DNA of 64,000 nucleotides, taken from positions 6,014,001 through 6,078,000 of the forward strand of contig JBHGNT010000018.1 of the NCBI GenBank assembly GCA_043228905.1, read 5' to 3'. A model generated the notes under the pieces. The model was given only the letters and a program-made list of their open reading frames with translations, did no database searches and was not told the DNA's origin. This document shows positions 37,647 to 49,400 of this stretch, one piece after another. The stretch's first letter is position 1. Every line of letters starts with the position of its first letter. The translations under genes were made by a program, and so were the position numbers. The DNA is from Azolla caroliniana. Taxonomy: Eukaryota; Plantae; Polypodiophyta.

Positions 37647-38604
37647 GATTTGGGCGAACTGTCATAAATTGTACAATTCGTCGTCCATCTTGGCTACGGA
37701 TTTTTGCATAGGCAGAACCATTGTCGAGGACTTTGGTCTCCATTCGTACCGCTGTAATGTATGGTTGCCCCAGGATTATTGGATAGGTAGATCCTTCCTG
37801 CACAAAGAAATGTTGATCTACCTCTATATCACCAATAGTAACCTTTACATTTGGGCATGCACCAAATAAATCTTCCGTGACTGATGTGGCAGCTTTTACT
37901 CGCCAACCATGTTGAGTATCAATTGGCCATCTACCTTTCCTGTAAAAATCAGCACTCATTATATTTATTTCAGAACCATGATCAATAAGTGCCATCACGG
38001 GGTCTGGAACATTTCCAATCTTCACATGAGTCTCAGTAGTGGCTCTTGCCCAACATTTGCGAGAGTAATGGCTTCTTACATCTGTTGAATTTATCATTGA
38101 GGTTGATGCATGTTGAGAGTCAACAACGATATTGTTTGACTCGTTGCTCACCACTTCATATGCCACCTTCGGATTTGTCTCTTTAACCTGCTCATTTACT
38201 TGCTTCTTTCTTCGCACAATATCAATTATTTCATCATGAAATTCCTTTTTTGCAATACCTAACACTTCTCTTAGTGTAAATTCTACTCGACTGTCTAGTA
38301 TTCTTGTTTCTAAAACTTTCTTTAAATCTGTATCCTTTTCAATATCAGACATTAATTTGAATGAAGGACCAGATTTACCTTTTTCAACTTTTGCGTCCAT
38401 CTCTTTTCTTTTGCTTTCTCTTGTTTCATGCTTTTTGGTTGAGCCAATCTCATCATCCGATCTTTTCCTTTTTTCTTCCACTATCACCTCATGCTCTTGG
38501 TGTTCTGCCATCTGAGCATAGACCGTCATAGCATCTACTGGAACATCCCATCCAGTATTTTTCCTTACAGAATCTCCGGCAACACGAAGGTCTTCCATCT
38601 TCAT
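37567..38604 (-). CDS. Gypsy aspartic protease-containing ORF
   Basis: ALIDHGSEINIM catalytic motif and IILGQPY; lies between gag and RT in a different frame from both. Confidence 0.88.
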   Translation of the reverse strand: MKMEDLRVAGDSVRKNTGWDVPVDAMTVYAQMAEHQEHEVIVEEKRKRSDDEIGSTKKHETRESKRKEMDAKVEKGKSGPSFKLMSDIEKDTDLKKVLETRILDSRVEFTLREVLGIAKKEFHDEIIDIVRRKKQVNEQVKETNPKVAYEVVSNESNNIVVDSQHASTSMINSTDVRSHYSRKCWARATTETHVKIGNVPDPVMALIDHGSEINIMSADFYRKGRWPIDTQHGWRVKAATSVTEDLFGACPNVKVTIGDIEVDQHFFVQEGSTYPIILGQPYITAVRMETKVLDNGSAYAKIRSQDGRRIVQFMTVRPNHERNKQELRDHSIPKDYDDFDNQVFD

Positions 38605-38624
38605 CTTTTGCTTTTGTGCGGTAC

Positions 38625-39728
38625 TTACAACCTTCTCCCAGAATGATGATCGGGATGGCGCATTCCTGTCGTTGCCGAGTAATACATTGCGGAAGCCTTC
38701 TTTGCTTCAGCTTCTTCAAATTTAACCTTAACACCACCATCACCAAAGTTCTTTGTAAGCGGAGTTCTAGTTTCAGTTAAGTAAATGTTACCATTTTTCC
38801 AATAGACCAAGTTCCGATTTTCCATGTCTTTATATTCTTCACAATCACGTAGACGATGGTCGAGACTATCACACCACATGCATCGAGGTCGAAATGGTTC
38901 CCTTGACCTTGAAGTCTGACCATTCTCAAGCTTTGCCACTTTAATTGTTAGATCTTTCATACTTTGAACTAAATCATCAAGCAAAAACTCACTCTTAGTT
39001 CCCGTCATTTCTCGTGGTTGATGGACCATTTCGTGTGATGGTTCTCGACCAAGTCTTTGAACTTCGATGTTTTGCTCAAGCCGATTTGTGATTCCCACAT
39101 GTGGTATTTGCAGCATTACACCATTCCTTTGCATTCTTTTCATAAATTTATTACAAGCATTTGTTACCTCATTCCAATCTGCAGTTATACCATCCTCGGT
39201 ATTTGGTACTTCAAGCATAAATTCCAATTCTTTTCTATATCTCTTGTCAATTGCCTGCAAAAATAAAGCAACCTTTTGCCAAGACAAAGAATTTCTTTCT
39301 TCTGACTTTAAGTGTCCATACATCCTATCAAACTCTTTTTTTGTGTCAGCCACAGATAACCCTTTATCTTCTTTTAAGATCCATTCATGAAATGAACGCA
39401 TAGTAACTCGAGAGAAATCCTCACGAGCATATTCAAACACAAGTGCTTCTTTAAATGCATTCCAATCCAAACTATGCAATGCTTGTATTTCATGAATTCT
39501 ATCTCTTAATTCCATGTCCACTAATTTATAAAAGTTTGCTATCATATTGACATCATTTATACCAAACATTTCCATTTCATCATAATATATATTCACATAC
39601 TTCGAAATATTTGTGCCATCAAACATACCAATCTTCTCTCGGACTTCTCGTAAGGCATGAAATAATCGATCTTGATTCAACTTTTCAATAAACAACATTA
39701 CCGGATCCATTGTACTCGTACTTGCCAT
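38625..39728 (-). CDS. Gypsy gag
   Basis: 367-aa ORF just after the PBS; FDGTNISKY motif and CCHC knuckle CMWCDSLDHRLRDC. Confidence 0.88.
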   Translation of the reverse strand: MASTSTMDPVMLFIEKLNQDRLFHALREVREKIGMFDGTNISKYVNIYYDEMEMFGINDVNMIANFYKLVDMELRDRIHEIQALHSLDWNAFKEALVFEYAREDFSRVTMRSFHEWILKEDKGLSVADTKKEFDRMYGHLKSEERNSLSWQKVALFLQAIDKRYRKELEFMLEVPNTEDGITADWNEVTNACNKFMKRMQRNGVMLQIPHVGITNRLEQNIEVQRLGREPSHEMVHQPREMTGTKSEFLLDDLVQSMKDLTIKVAKLENGQTSRSREPFRPRCMWCDSLDHRLRDCEEYKDMENRNLVYWKNGNIYLTETRTPLTKNFGDGGVKVKFEEAEAKKASAMYYSATTGMRHPDHHSGRRL

Positions 39729-39772
39729 GTTGATGTTGATCTTTACTTTAGATGTCTCTTCTACTTCCCCGT

Positions 39773-39790
39773 TTCACGTCGGGTTCACCA
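39773..39790 (-). promoter_or_regulatory. Primer-binding site complementary to the 3' end of tRNA-Trp
   Basis: Minus strand TGGTGAACCCGACGTGAA begins 5 nt inside the 5' LTR boundary. It is the complement of TTCACGTCGGGTTCACCA, the plant cytosolic tRNA-Trp 3' end as I recall it. Confidence 0.85.
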
Positions 39791-40931
39791 AATTGTGTCG
39801 TGACGTGGCTCGCCTAGAAGCGTAGCGTTGCGCACACAAAGGATAACGTGAAAGTGAGGAAGGAATCACAGGGATTATGGACGGAAGAGACGAAAGAGTA
39901 GAGATAGAGTGAATAGAGATCAATAAGATATGACAAAATAGGATTTTTAAGGAATATAAGATAAGACAAGATAAGATATAAAATAATATATGAGAAAGTG
40001 TATGAAATTTGTAATCATTTTCATGAAAGAGTTACAAAATGATTGTGCACGTCGTTGAACCTCCGAACTTTGTCTTGCAAGGTAATCGCTCTTCTCTTTC
40101 TTGATCGTAGACCACTACAATCTTCACTTCAATATTTTGATGAAGATAAGGCTCGAACCGCCTCCCTCTTGTTGAGAGTTGACCACCACGACCGCCAAGC
40201 TAGAGCTCCACCTTTATCTTGAACTTCTTCCTTTCTTTCTCTATTTTATGGTATCTCTTATGTAATATATATTTGATTGATATCTCATACATATCTCCCT
40301 TTGATCTTCTCTTTCACCATTTAAATAGGTGCCCCCATGCATATGATGCATTGGAGGGTACAAGTCATGCATGTAGTGCATGAAATGCATGTGATGCATG
40401 ATCGCCATTTGGCGTTCATGCATTACGTGTGATGCATGATAAACATCTCGCTCATTTGAGCTTTTATGTATGAAACAATATATGCAATAACAATAAACAT
40501 GAAAATATAATCTTAAAGAGAAAGGGCCTAGCCTAATGGTAGGTGTGTCGACTTTGGTATATGAGGTTGTGGGTTCGAATCTCAAAATACTATTGAATAC
40601 AACATACAACTTTATTCTTATATCATGAAGCAAATCCTTTATGTAATATAAAGTATATATAAAGTATGCTTTATTTTATGTATATTACTAGTATAGAGTA
40701 AATGGTAAGATTTGAGAGTCATAGGGTGGGGTTATTGGTTCAAGTCCTCTCTTATTCGTGTAATATAATATATTTATCTATATATATATATTATTTTTCT
40801 TTACATATATATAATATTATCATATGTGTTGTTAATATTATCTTTATATATAAAACATTATCAAATGTTATTTTCATTACGTATTTATCTTATTGTAGAC
40901 TTTTAATGTGAAGCTTTCGTACTTCACGACA

Positions 40932-41665
40932 CCGCCATTCTACACTCAGTTGTCGCCACTGTGCGATCCAAGCATCATCTACCACTATTCGATCCGATGG
41001 AGTTCACTCCTCCATTGCCACCATTCTACACTCAGTTTTCGCCACTGTTTGGTCCAAGCATCATCTACCACTGTTCGCTCTTGTTGAGTTCACTTTTCCA
41101 TTGCCGCTATTCTATACTCAGTTGCCACTATTGTTCGGTTGTGGATTGCTGTCACTCTTTGATCTAACAGAGTTCACTCCTCCTCCACTGCCGCCATTCT
41201 ACACTCAGTTGCCGACACTATGCATTCCAAACATCATCTGTTACTATTTGATCTGACGGAGTTCACTCTTCCATTGCCACCATTCTACACTCACATGCCT
41301 CCACTGTTCGGTCCAAGCATCATCTGCCATTGTTCTCTCCTAGTTCACTCCTCCATTGCCTCCATTCTACACTCAATTGTCGCTATTGGTCGGTCGTGGA
41401 TTGCTGCCACAGTTCGATCTGACGGAGTTCACTCCTCCACTACTGCCATTCTACACTCACTTGCCATCACTGCGCGTCCCAAGCATCATTTGCCACTGTT
41501 CGATCTGACGGAGTTCACTCCACCATTGCCACCATTCTACACTTAGTTGCCTCCATTGTTCAGTCCTGATTGCAATAATTGTTTGATCCGACGGAGTTCA
41601 CTCCTCCATTGCCGCCATTCTACACTCAGTTGCTGCCACTATTCGGTCCTGGATAGCAATAACTG
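40932..41665. repeat. ~85-bp degenerate tandem repeat (about 9 units); the Gypsy element inserted into its first unit
   Basis: Recurring GGAGTTCACTCCTCCATTGCCRCCATTCTACACTCAGTTG. The left flank of the Gypsy (GAGTCCACTTTGACATTTCCGC) is the start of the same unit. Confidence 0.88.
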
Positions 41666-41999
41666 TTATGTCTATTGATTAGTTTGTGTACTGTTGTGTA
41701 TAATCTTGTGTATTGTGGAATAATTTTGTGTATTTTTGTTGCCCATAGTCATCTTAGCTCGTTCCTGATGGTGGTTCAGTAGCTTTCACTCCACTGCAAC
41801 AAACATAAACTTACCAATGGTGGGATCGCTCCTGTGAATAACCGGTTTGCATGTGGTTTAGTAACTAGCTACGTGTCTTTTTTTGTTGAAATTTACTAAT
41901 GAATATGCCAAGCCAAATGGAAGGGGAAGGAGGGTGTTTACCAATACCCCTCATGGATCATCAGGATAGAGATGACGTTATCGGGACACAACAAGCGAT

Positions 42000-42925
42000 A
42001 TGAAAGTATTTGGCAGAAAAAAAAGGAAACATCGTCAATTGTTGAAGGATACGAAAGTCATATTCACTAAAGGTAAGGATAACATTGGTTGCGATATAGG
42101 TTTGAATACCACTGAGAATGGAAGTAAGGAGACTACTATCATAGAGAGAAGGGTTGTAGACTATTTTAATGTTCAAACCAAGCACATCAGCCTTGAAGAC
42201 AAGAAGGTAGTACTTTATGGAATATTAAAATATCCATCGATAAAGGAGTTAGTTGATTTTGATGGTCTTAATGCAAACATAACATCTGTACTAGTAAATA
42301 ATCTCTGTAATAGTTTCAAATCCATCTGCGGGTCAGAAGATGATCTTGTCTTAAAACGGTCTAGTCTAATGATGTTACTTAATAGTGGTGTTGATGATCT
42401 TAACATTAGTGTGCTATCTAAGGTAATTGGTGTTAGTAGCAAAAGTGTGTACAATACAATGAACCGGATAATTTCAAGTGGTGAAGGAACTAGTTTGCTA
42501 AAGCTAACAACAAGATGTAAGCCAATGACACACATAACATCAGAAATCAAGGATATAATCACCATATTTTGGACTAATGAGAGTAGGGTTTCACCCAATA
42601 AGAAGGATTTATGCAGGAAACGTGTTCGAAGGAGTCAATATGAGGAGCATCCCATTCATCTTCTTGATGTACCTCAAGTATTTACATTTATCTAACCTTT
42701 TGTTATGATTTTTAAACTTAAAGCCAATGACACACATAACATCAGAAATCGAGGATATAATCACCATATTTTGGACTAATGAGAGTAGGGTTTCACCCAA
42801 TAAGAAGGATTTATGCAGGAAACGTGTTGGAAGGAGTCAATCCGAGGAGCTGCATCCCATTCATCTTCTTGATGTACCTTAGATATTTACATTTATCTAA
42901 CCTTTTGTTTTGATTTTTAAACTTA
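42000..42925 (+). pseudogene. Probable DNA-transposase N-terminal fragment with a 202-bp tandem duplication
   Basis: 231-aa ORF with HTH-like LSKVIGVSSKSVYN and FWTNESRVSPNKKD. 42519-42720 is duplicated at 42721-42925. Flanked by TAGCTA-rich subterminal-like repeats. Confidence 0.45.
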
Positions 42926-43325
42926 GTTAATTAGCTAATTAGCTACCTCAGAATATGATCATAGCTAACTAGCTATTGGTAATAGCTAAATAGCGATTGA
43001 CAATAGCTAACATGGTTGTTATTAGCTAATTAGCTACCACAATAGCTAATTAGCTATCTCAGAATATGAGCATAGCTAACTAGCTACTGGAAATACCTAA
43101 ATAGCTATTGCCAATACTAAACTTAGCTATTATCAGCCAATTCGCTATCGCAATAGCCAATTAGCTACCTCAGAAGATGACCATAGCTAACTAGCTATTT
43201 AACAGTAGCTAGTTAGCTATTATTAGCTAACTAGCTACCACATTAGCTAATTAGCTATTGACAGTAGCTAATTAACTATTAAGGTAGCTAATTAGCTAGT
43301 GGCAATAGCTAGTTAGCTATGTAGC
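42925..43325. repeat. TAGCTA/AATTAGCTA-rich palindromic low-complexity array
   Basis: Dozens of TAGCTA, ATAGCTAA and TTAGCTA motifs; similar motifs recur at 32660-32705. Confidence 0.85.
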
Positions 43326-43344
43326 ACACGATTGTTTCACTAGC

Positions 43345-43665
43345 ACCATTGGTGTAAAACAAGGTTGCCCCCTATCACCGACTCTTTTTGGGATCTACAT
43401 GATGGGATCACTGATTTTATTGCTCATAAGGGAGGCAAGGGAGTAGCTATTGGGGATACGCAAGTTAGTCTCTTACTCTACGCAGACGACACTGTCTTGC
43501 TCTCGGAGTCGGAACACGACCTACAAAAGCATTTTAATGCCCTAAATGACGTTTGTACACAACCAATCATACTTTCAAGAGCCACGGACTAAGGGATGGC
43601 TCTTCGACTCATTAGTGACCCCTTCCATCATGTATGCATCAGTAGTATGGGCTCCAGGTCTACCA
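43345..43665 (+). mobile_element. LINE (RTE-like) reverse transcriptase fragment
   Basis: GVKQGCPLSPTLF followed, after a frameshift, by LLLYADDTVLL. Confidence 0.8.
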
Positions 43666-43772
43666 TCTTTCTTTCTTTTCTTTTTTTTAAAACAAAATAT
43701 CCATCCATTAGTTTTAAAAAAGGCACATCAGCTACAATTATATGTTTTCCATAGAGATTGTGCAACTATTGA

Positions 43773-43826
43773 TAGAGTATAGCCTTGCCAAGGCTGGAGT
43801 TGAGGGTTCGAGTCCCTTTTTCCGCT
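43773..43826 (+). pseudogene. trnG: 5'-truncated organellar (mitochondrial-type) tRNA-Gly(GCC) fragment
   Basis: TAGAGTATAGCCTTGCCAAGGCTGGAGTTGAGGGTTCGAGTCCCTTTTTCCGCT: anticodon arm AGCC-TTGCCAA-GGCT, T-arm and 3' acceptor strand. The 5' acceptor strand and most of the D-arm are missing. Closely resembles land-plant mitochondrial trnG-GCC. Confidence 0.75.
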
Positions 43827-43919
43827 TGCAGAATTGCGTCTTACGGTCATGCGAAATTGACTAGAGAAACAGTCTGAATTACTCCTGTGCGGTTCCTCCG
43901 GTACACCCGATCTGAAAGA

Positions 43920-44313
43920 TCATTGAATGTTTTTTTCTGTTTTTTCGAAGCTGGCCACATTTAGCATACATGTCCACCAAAGCATTCCCAAGCTCAATAT
44001 TGTCTTCCAACAGTCTCACGATTTCATTGTGAATTTCTATGCCCTTATCAACTACCACTACACTACCATAGTCCTTTAGCAAACTTACAAGGGTGTTTGC
44101 ATCTAGAAGTAGTCCAATTACTGCAATAGCATCTTCAAAAATGCCACATTTAGCATATGCATAAACTAGAATAGCCACAAGACACGGATCTGAATCAAAC
44201 TCCCTTTCAATGATCACATTATGGATTTCTTGCCCTCTTCTCATAGCTTTTAGGTTTATGCATGCCTTCAAAGTAAAAATATAGGTCACAAAATTTCGCA
44301 TAGTCCCTTTCAA
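43920..44313 (-). pseudogene. PLS-class PPR gene fragment
   Basis: TLKACINLKAMRRGQEIH, YAYAKCGIFEDA, LGNALVDMYAKCG; short and isolated. Confidence 0.8.
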
Positions 44314-44435
44314 CTACTCTTAGACTGCTATAGACATATGTTTGTCCCTGAGCATAAGAAATAATAGTTATACATTGACACATGCCTCATGTTGGTGGAG
44401 GAAATACCCAGAGTAGTGGCGGATACCTCCAACAT

Positions 44436-45276
44436 TGTCGTGAAGATCCGTCACAACGTGCGGATCGTGAGGGGGGACCGCCGAGCTCCTGGACTTGAAG
44501 GATTCGAAGTTTGCACTAGCTTTAGCGAGAAAGTATTTAAGATAGATTGAAAGAGATTGAAATGGAGAGAGAGATTAAGATTGAACCCTTGACTTTAGAT
44601 TTGAGGAACAAGATAGATCATCAATTTGATAACGAATTTTCTTCTTATTAAGTTCTTGATTAATACATAGATCGTTTTTCTTCTTCATCCACTCTTTTAT
44701 AGATGCCCCCATGCATATGATGCATGTGAGGGTGCAAGACATGCATGTAATGCATAAAATGCATGAGATGCATGTTTGCCATTTGGCGCTCATGCATTAC
44801 ATGTGTTGCATGATAACCATGTCACTCATTCAAGCTCTCATGTATGAGAATTTACATGTGAAAGTATAATGATAAAAATATAACTTAAAGAAATGACTTG
44901 GCTTTTTCGTTTCACACCGAAAATCTTCAAGACACCGTGCGTCGCGATCAACCTATCCGACTGACCCGATCGATCCACTTGTCTGGTCCCATCCGTCCCG
45001 ACTGGTTCGATCCGCATCCGATCCGGTCTACAGTTTTGTTTTCCTCTTCTTCTTCTCAGACTCCACACTCACATAACTTGACACTAAGTTGTCTGTTTCA
45101 CATGTAGTAAAATGCTTTCGAAAGCTCTTAAAGACATCCATCTTTTTGTACCAAGATATTAAAATAATATAAAATAATATATTCACTATTATTGTTTCAT
45201 ATTGTGTGTGAAGAACTACACTCGATTTTGTACATTCCATGCAATTTTCACACCGTTGCCGAAAATCTTCATGACA
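44436..45276 (-). mobile_element. Solo LTR related to the 32940-40931 Gypsy family
   Basis: Ends TGTCGTGA...TCATGACA; flanks ACAT/ACGT (4-bp TSD, one transition). Shares the ATGCAT-rich block (44703-44835) with the LTR at 33474-33605. Confidence 0.85.
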
Positions 45277-46441
45277 ACGTATACCACCATTAACCATGCA
45301 GAATACCTTCATCCTTTCCCATCTCTTCTTAAAAACCTCTTGCTTTCAAAAGACTACATCTGGATCACCTTTGATAGCATCATATTCTCCTTTTAGTGTA
45401 TGCACTAAGGTCATGAATCCAAATCTCCTTGACGACATCCACAACATTCCATTGAATTTGCTGAAATATCCTTCGACATCTACTAGTCCACAAAACCCAT
45501 ATAATTATTGAACTAATCGTCTCTCAAACCACGCCATTTTGGACTAAATTAATAGGCATGTATGGCGACACTTCCTCAACATATCGACCTCTTGTATATA
45601 ATACAAAGTTAACATTTTCTTTTTCATAATCTTGTACCTCACCCTTATTATTAGCCCACATAACTACCCCCCATTTATATATTCTAGAGCCATAAACCTC
45701 ATGCAAGAGACGTAAAAATCTTTTCCAAACCAATTTGGTAGCCATACATAACAAAAATTTTGATGAAGAGACTCCACTTCTAAACCACAAAAATCACACA
45801 TCTTATCCACTTCTTTACAATACATACAAGCCCTAATAGGAACCGCATAATTAACCATCAACCATCTAAATAGAATAATCTTCTTTGGAATTTGCATAGC
45901 CCATAGACATTTCCAAAATGTTGTCATGTGAGTAGGATCCACATTATAAGTCAACCATTTTGTTGCTGTTGTCGGCCAATGGGGTACCCTACATCTTATC
46001 ATCTCCCTTCCCAATCAACGGAATACTAAAAAAATGGAATTGGCCTAAAATCCTCCCTAGAATATGATGTAGGCAGCCACTTCCATTCTCATGGGTCCCA
46101 ATCCAATTCACATAATGGTTTTTTACCCAATACCCATAGATCCCACCATGGATGCACATCATTAGGATTAGGATCAAGAACCCAACCCTTATCTACCTTA
46201 GCTAGATTTCTAATGGGTTTTAATATAGCCTTAGCCAAACATTCATCTTCCTGGGCAATCATCCCTAATCATCCATCATGTAGAACATCATAACTTAAGA
46301 AAGTACCATCATCTCTAAGGCCACGAACTCCCAGTAAAACCTGAAAATTCGAAAATAATCCCATCCACTTATGACAATTAGAAAGTATATTATCCTACAA
46401 GGGTAATTGCAACCTCCTTAACTCATCAACTATTTCCTTTC

Positions 46442-49400
46442 TGTTGGGAAATCGGTCTCTCCGGATGGGATCCGGCGATGAATAAAGAGGACCCGGTGGG
46501 AACCGAAAGAGATCCAGAAACCGAAGGAGAGCCGGTGAGAACCGGAAGAGAAGACATATCTGTAAATATGTTTTCAGTAAGCCTATTGAGGCTACATTTG
46601 TAAATAGCCCTAAGTTCATATAAGTATAAATATGACTTAGGGCAATCGCTTTGTAAGGTCGTAGTGGTCATATTGTTGTAACTGTTGTACAAAAGAGAGT
46701 GACAGAGTGGGAGAGAGAGATACAGAGCAATACTCTGTTGTAACCACCGCCTAGCGAAGAAACGGAGCTTGAGGTCGTTGCCTATTAGTCTCTTATGGTA
46801 CCCCTTCTCTTCATAGTGATAGTTCGGAGTCTGTGGGCTCCCGTGGTTTTTCCCTATTAGGGTTTTCCACGTAAACACTCTGTGTATTTCCTTTGTGTAC
46901 TCTCCATTTCCCATTTCTGTGTGTTTTTCACTCTCATAGAAGTGATTCAAGACTCGGTTGTGGCCGAGCAATATTCCGCGCTAATCCCCTACAAGTGGTA
47001 TCAGAGTGAACAACACAGGAGATGGAAGAATCGTTCGGCGGCATGTTCAAGCTCACTGGCTCCAACTACTCAGTGTGGAAGTCAAAGATGAGGGATATGC
47101 TGGTGGTTAAAGATCTTTGGTTGCCACTTCAATTCGGGGACAAGAGACCAGATAAGATCAACGCCAAAGTGTGAAAGGTGATGCACATGAAGACGACGGC
47201 ATACATCCGGTGCTTCATCGATATGAGTCTGTACAACAACTTCAATGAAGAGAGCAAGGCTCATGAACTCTGGGAGAAGATCGGCATCATGTTCTAGAAC
47301 AAGAATGTCGTTAATCAGGTATTGGTATTCCAGAAGCTAGTGAGGCTCCGGTACTAGGACGACTCCGGTATGACAGTGCACATGAATGCCTCCCAGGGGC
47401 TGATACACCAGGCAACCTCGTTGGAAGTACCTCTCGCCGATGAGGTACTCGCATTGCTTTTGCTTGGTTCCCTCCCGGATAGCTGGGAGACGTTAGTTGT
47501 CACGTTGGGCAACGCCGGGACGGAAGGAAAACAGTTGTCCCTAGCAAGGGTAAAATCAAGCTTGCTAGATGAAGAAGCTTGCCGGAAGGACCGGGAGTCC
47601 GGAACCAATCCGAAGGCCTTGGTCACGAAAGATGACCACAACCGGGGAAGAGGCCAGTATCGGTGTCCCCAAAACCAGCACAAGTCGGGGACAAGGTCGA
47701 AGTCAAGGGGGAGGCCTATGTGCTTCTACTATGGGAAGTCGGGGCACTTCCAAAAGAATTGTTGGCATTTCCGGTGTCATGATGTTTTCGACACATAGTG
47801 CGAAACCACCCTCAAAAGAGAGTAAAGTAGTGGTCCAAATAATCTAATATTGCAAAGTCAATTTTTGTAATAAATGATGAAAAGATAGTAAGGTAGAAGC
47901 AGTTTTTCAAAAGTAGATAAAAATAGAAAAAGTAAGAGAAAAATAAAATCGCAAGGCGTGGAATTGAGGAGCAAGGTAGAGAAAAAAACTCATAATTTCA
48001 TCATCCGATGTCCAAATTAGACAAGAAAAGGGCTTTCCAAAAATAACTTGTATGCCTAATTTGGACTTACAAAAACAAAATAATGATAGAAATAAAACAC
48101 GACTCATATAGACAAGTTTTTGTTTAGGAGAAAAATAAAGCAAGTCATAGAAACCCTATAAATAAGAGCTATTCTTAAGAAGAAGGGGGGGAGATGGATA
48201 GGGATTTGAAGAAGAAAAGATTTATTTTTCCTCTCTCATACTCTTAACCCTAAAGGGGGATATAAAAAAATCATGTATCAAAATAAGTCCATTATATGGA
48301 TGATTTAGTAATAAAAACTCTCTATGTTTCCTCTCTCATACTCTCTTAATTTAAGTTTTACTTACGTATAGATATAATTTAGTGTTATTCATACTCTCTT
48401 ACTCTAAGAATTCTTACTCATAAGCATAATTAATCATTATTCGATCTTGCATACTCTCTTACTCAAAGATTTGTTTATTCATTAATATAATTAAGTATTA
48501 TTCAATTTCTCATACTATCTTACTCTTATTTGAGGGAAATATCTCCTCTTAAAACTTAAAGTGCATAAATCATTCAGCCCTAAATCCTTCTGGTCCAGAG
48601 CCCCGACGGTTTCACCTCACGATCCGCACTAGCTGGCAGATTTTCACGACACCGGAAAGAGAAACAAACCGGCACCACTGATTTGAAGAAGAGTTCGGAC
48701 CAAAGAGGCCCGAATAGGAAAGGAACGTCGGCGATCGCGACAAGTGAAGAAGAACCGATGCTCATTACTGAAGAGAATTAGTTAATCCTTGTCGGCGTCG
48801 AAACAACATGGGTTGTTGATTCCGGAGCGTCGTTCCACCTGACAATGGATCGGAAATGCTTCTCATCCTACACAACCGGTGATCATGGTTTTGTCTGGAT
48901 GGGGAATGAAGGCACATGCCGAATTATCGGCATAGGAGATGTGTTGTTGGTGACATCAACCGGATGCAAATTGAACATGATATCAGCCGGTCGGCTAGAT
49001 GATGAAGGCTACACGGGTAGCATCTGGAACGGTGTTATGAAGTTCAGTAAGGGAATCTTGATAGTGGCTCGAGCTCGGAAGATCAATACATTGTAGTTGA
49101 TGAATTCCCGGATATGCCGGGAAGAAGTGAACGTAGCATCCGACACTGTTGGTGAGCTGTGGCACAAAAGACTATGTCACATGAGTGAGAAGGGGATGAA
49201 GAGGCTTGCCGAAGACAACCTCATTCCGGTGAAGGACGTGCAACTTGAGAAGTGCACTGATTGCTTGGGCGGTAAGCAAAACCGAACCTCCTTCCGGTCA
49301 AGACCACCGATGAGATAGAATGCACCACTGGTGCATACCGATGTGTGTCAAGTGGACACGAAGTCACATGCCGGATCGCAGTACTTCGTGACGTTCATAG

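Larger units (their letters stand above)
32940..40931 (-). mobile_element. Young, nearly intact Ty3/Gypsy LTR retrotransposon (non-chromovirus); LTRs 32940-34075 and 39796-40931 (1136 bp each)
   Basis: Termini TGTCGTGA...TCACGACA; only ~5 substitutions seen by eye between LTRs; 4-bp TSD CCGC. PPT (minus) TAGAGGGGGTGGA at 34076-34088; PBS at 39773-39790. Domain order gag-PR-RT-RH-IN. Confidence 0.97.
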
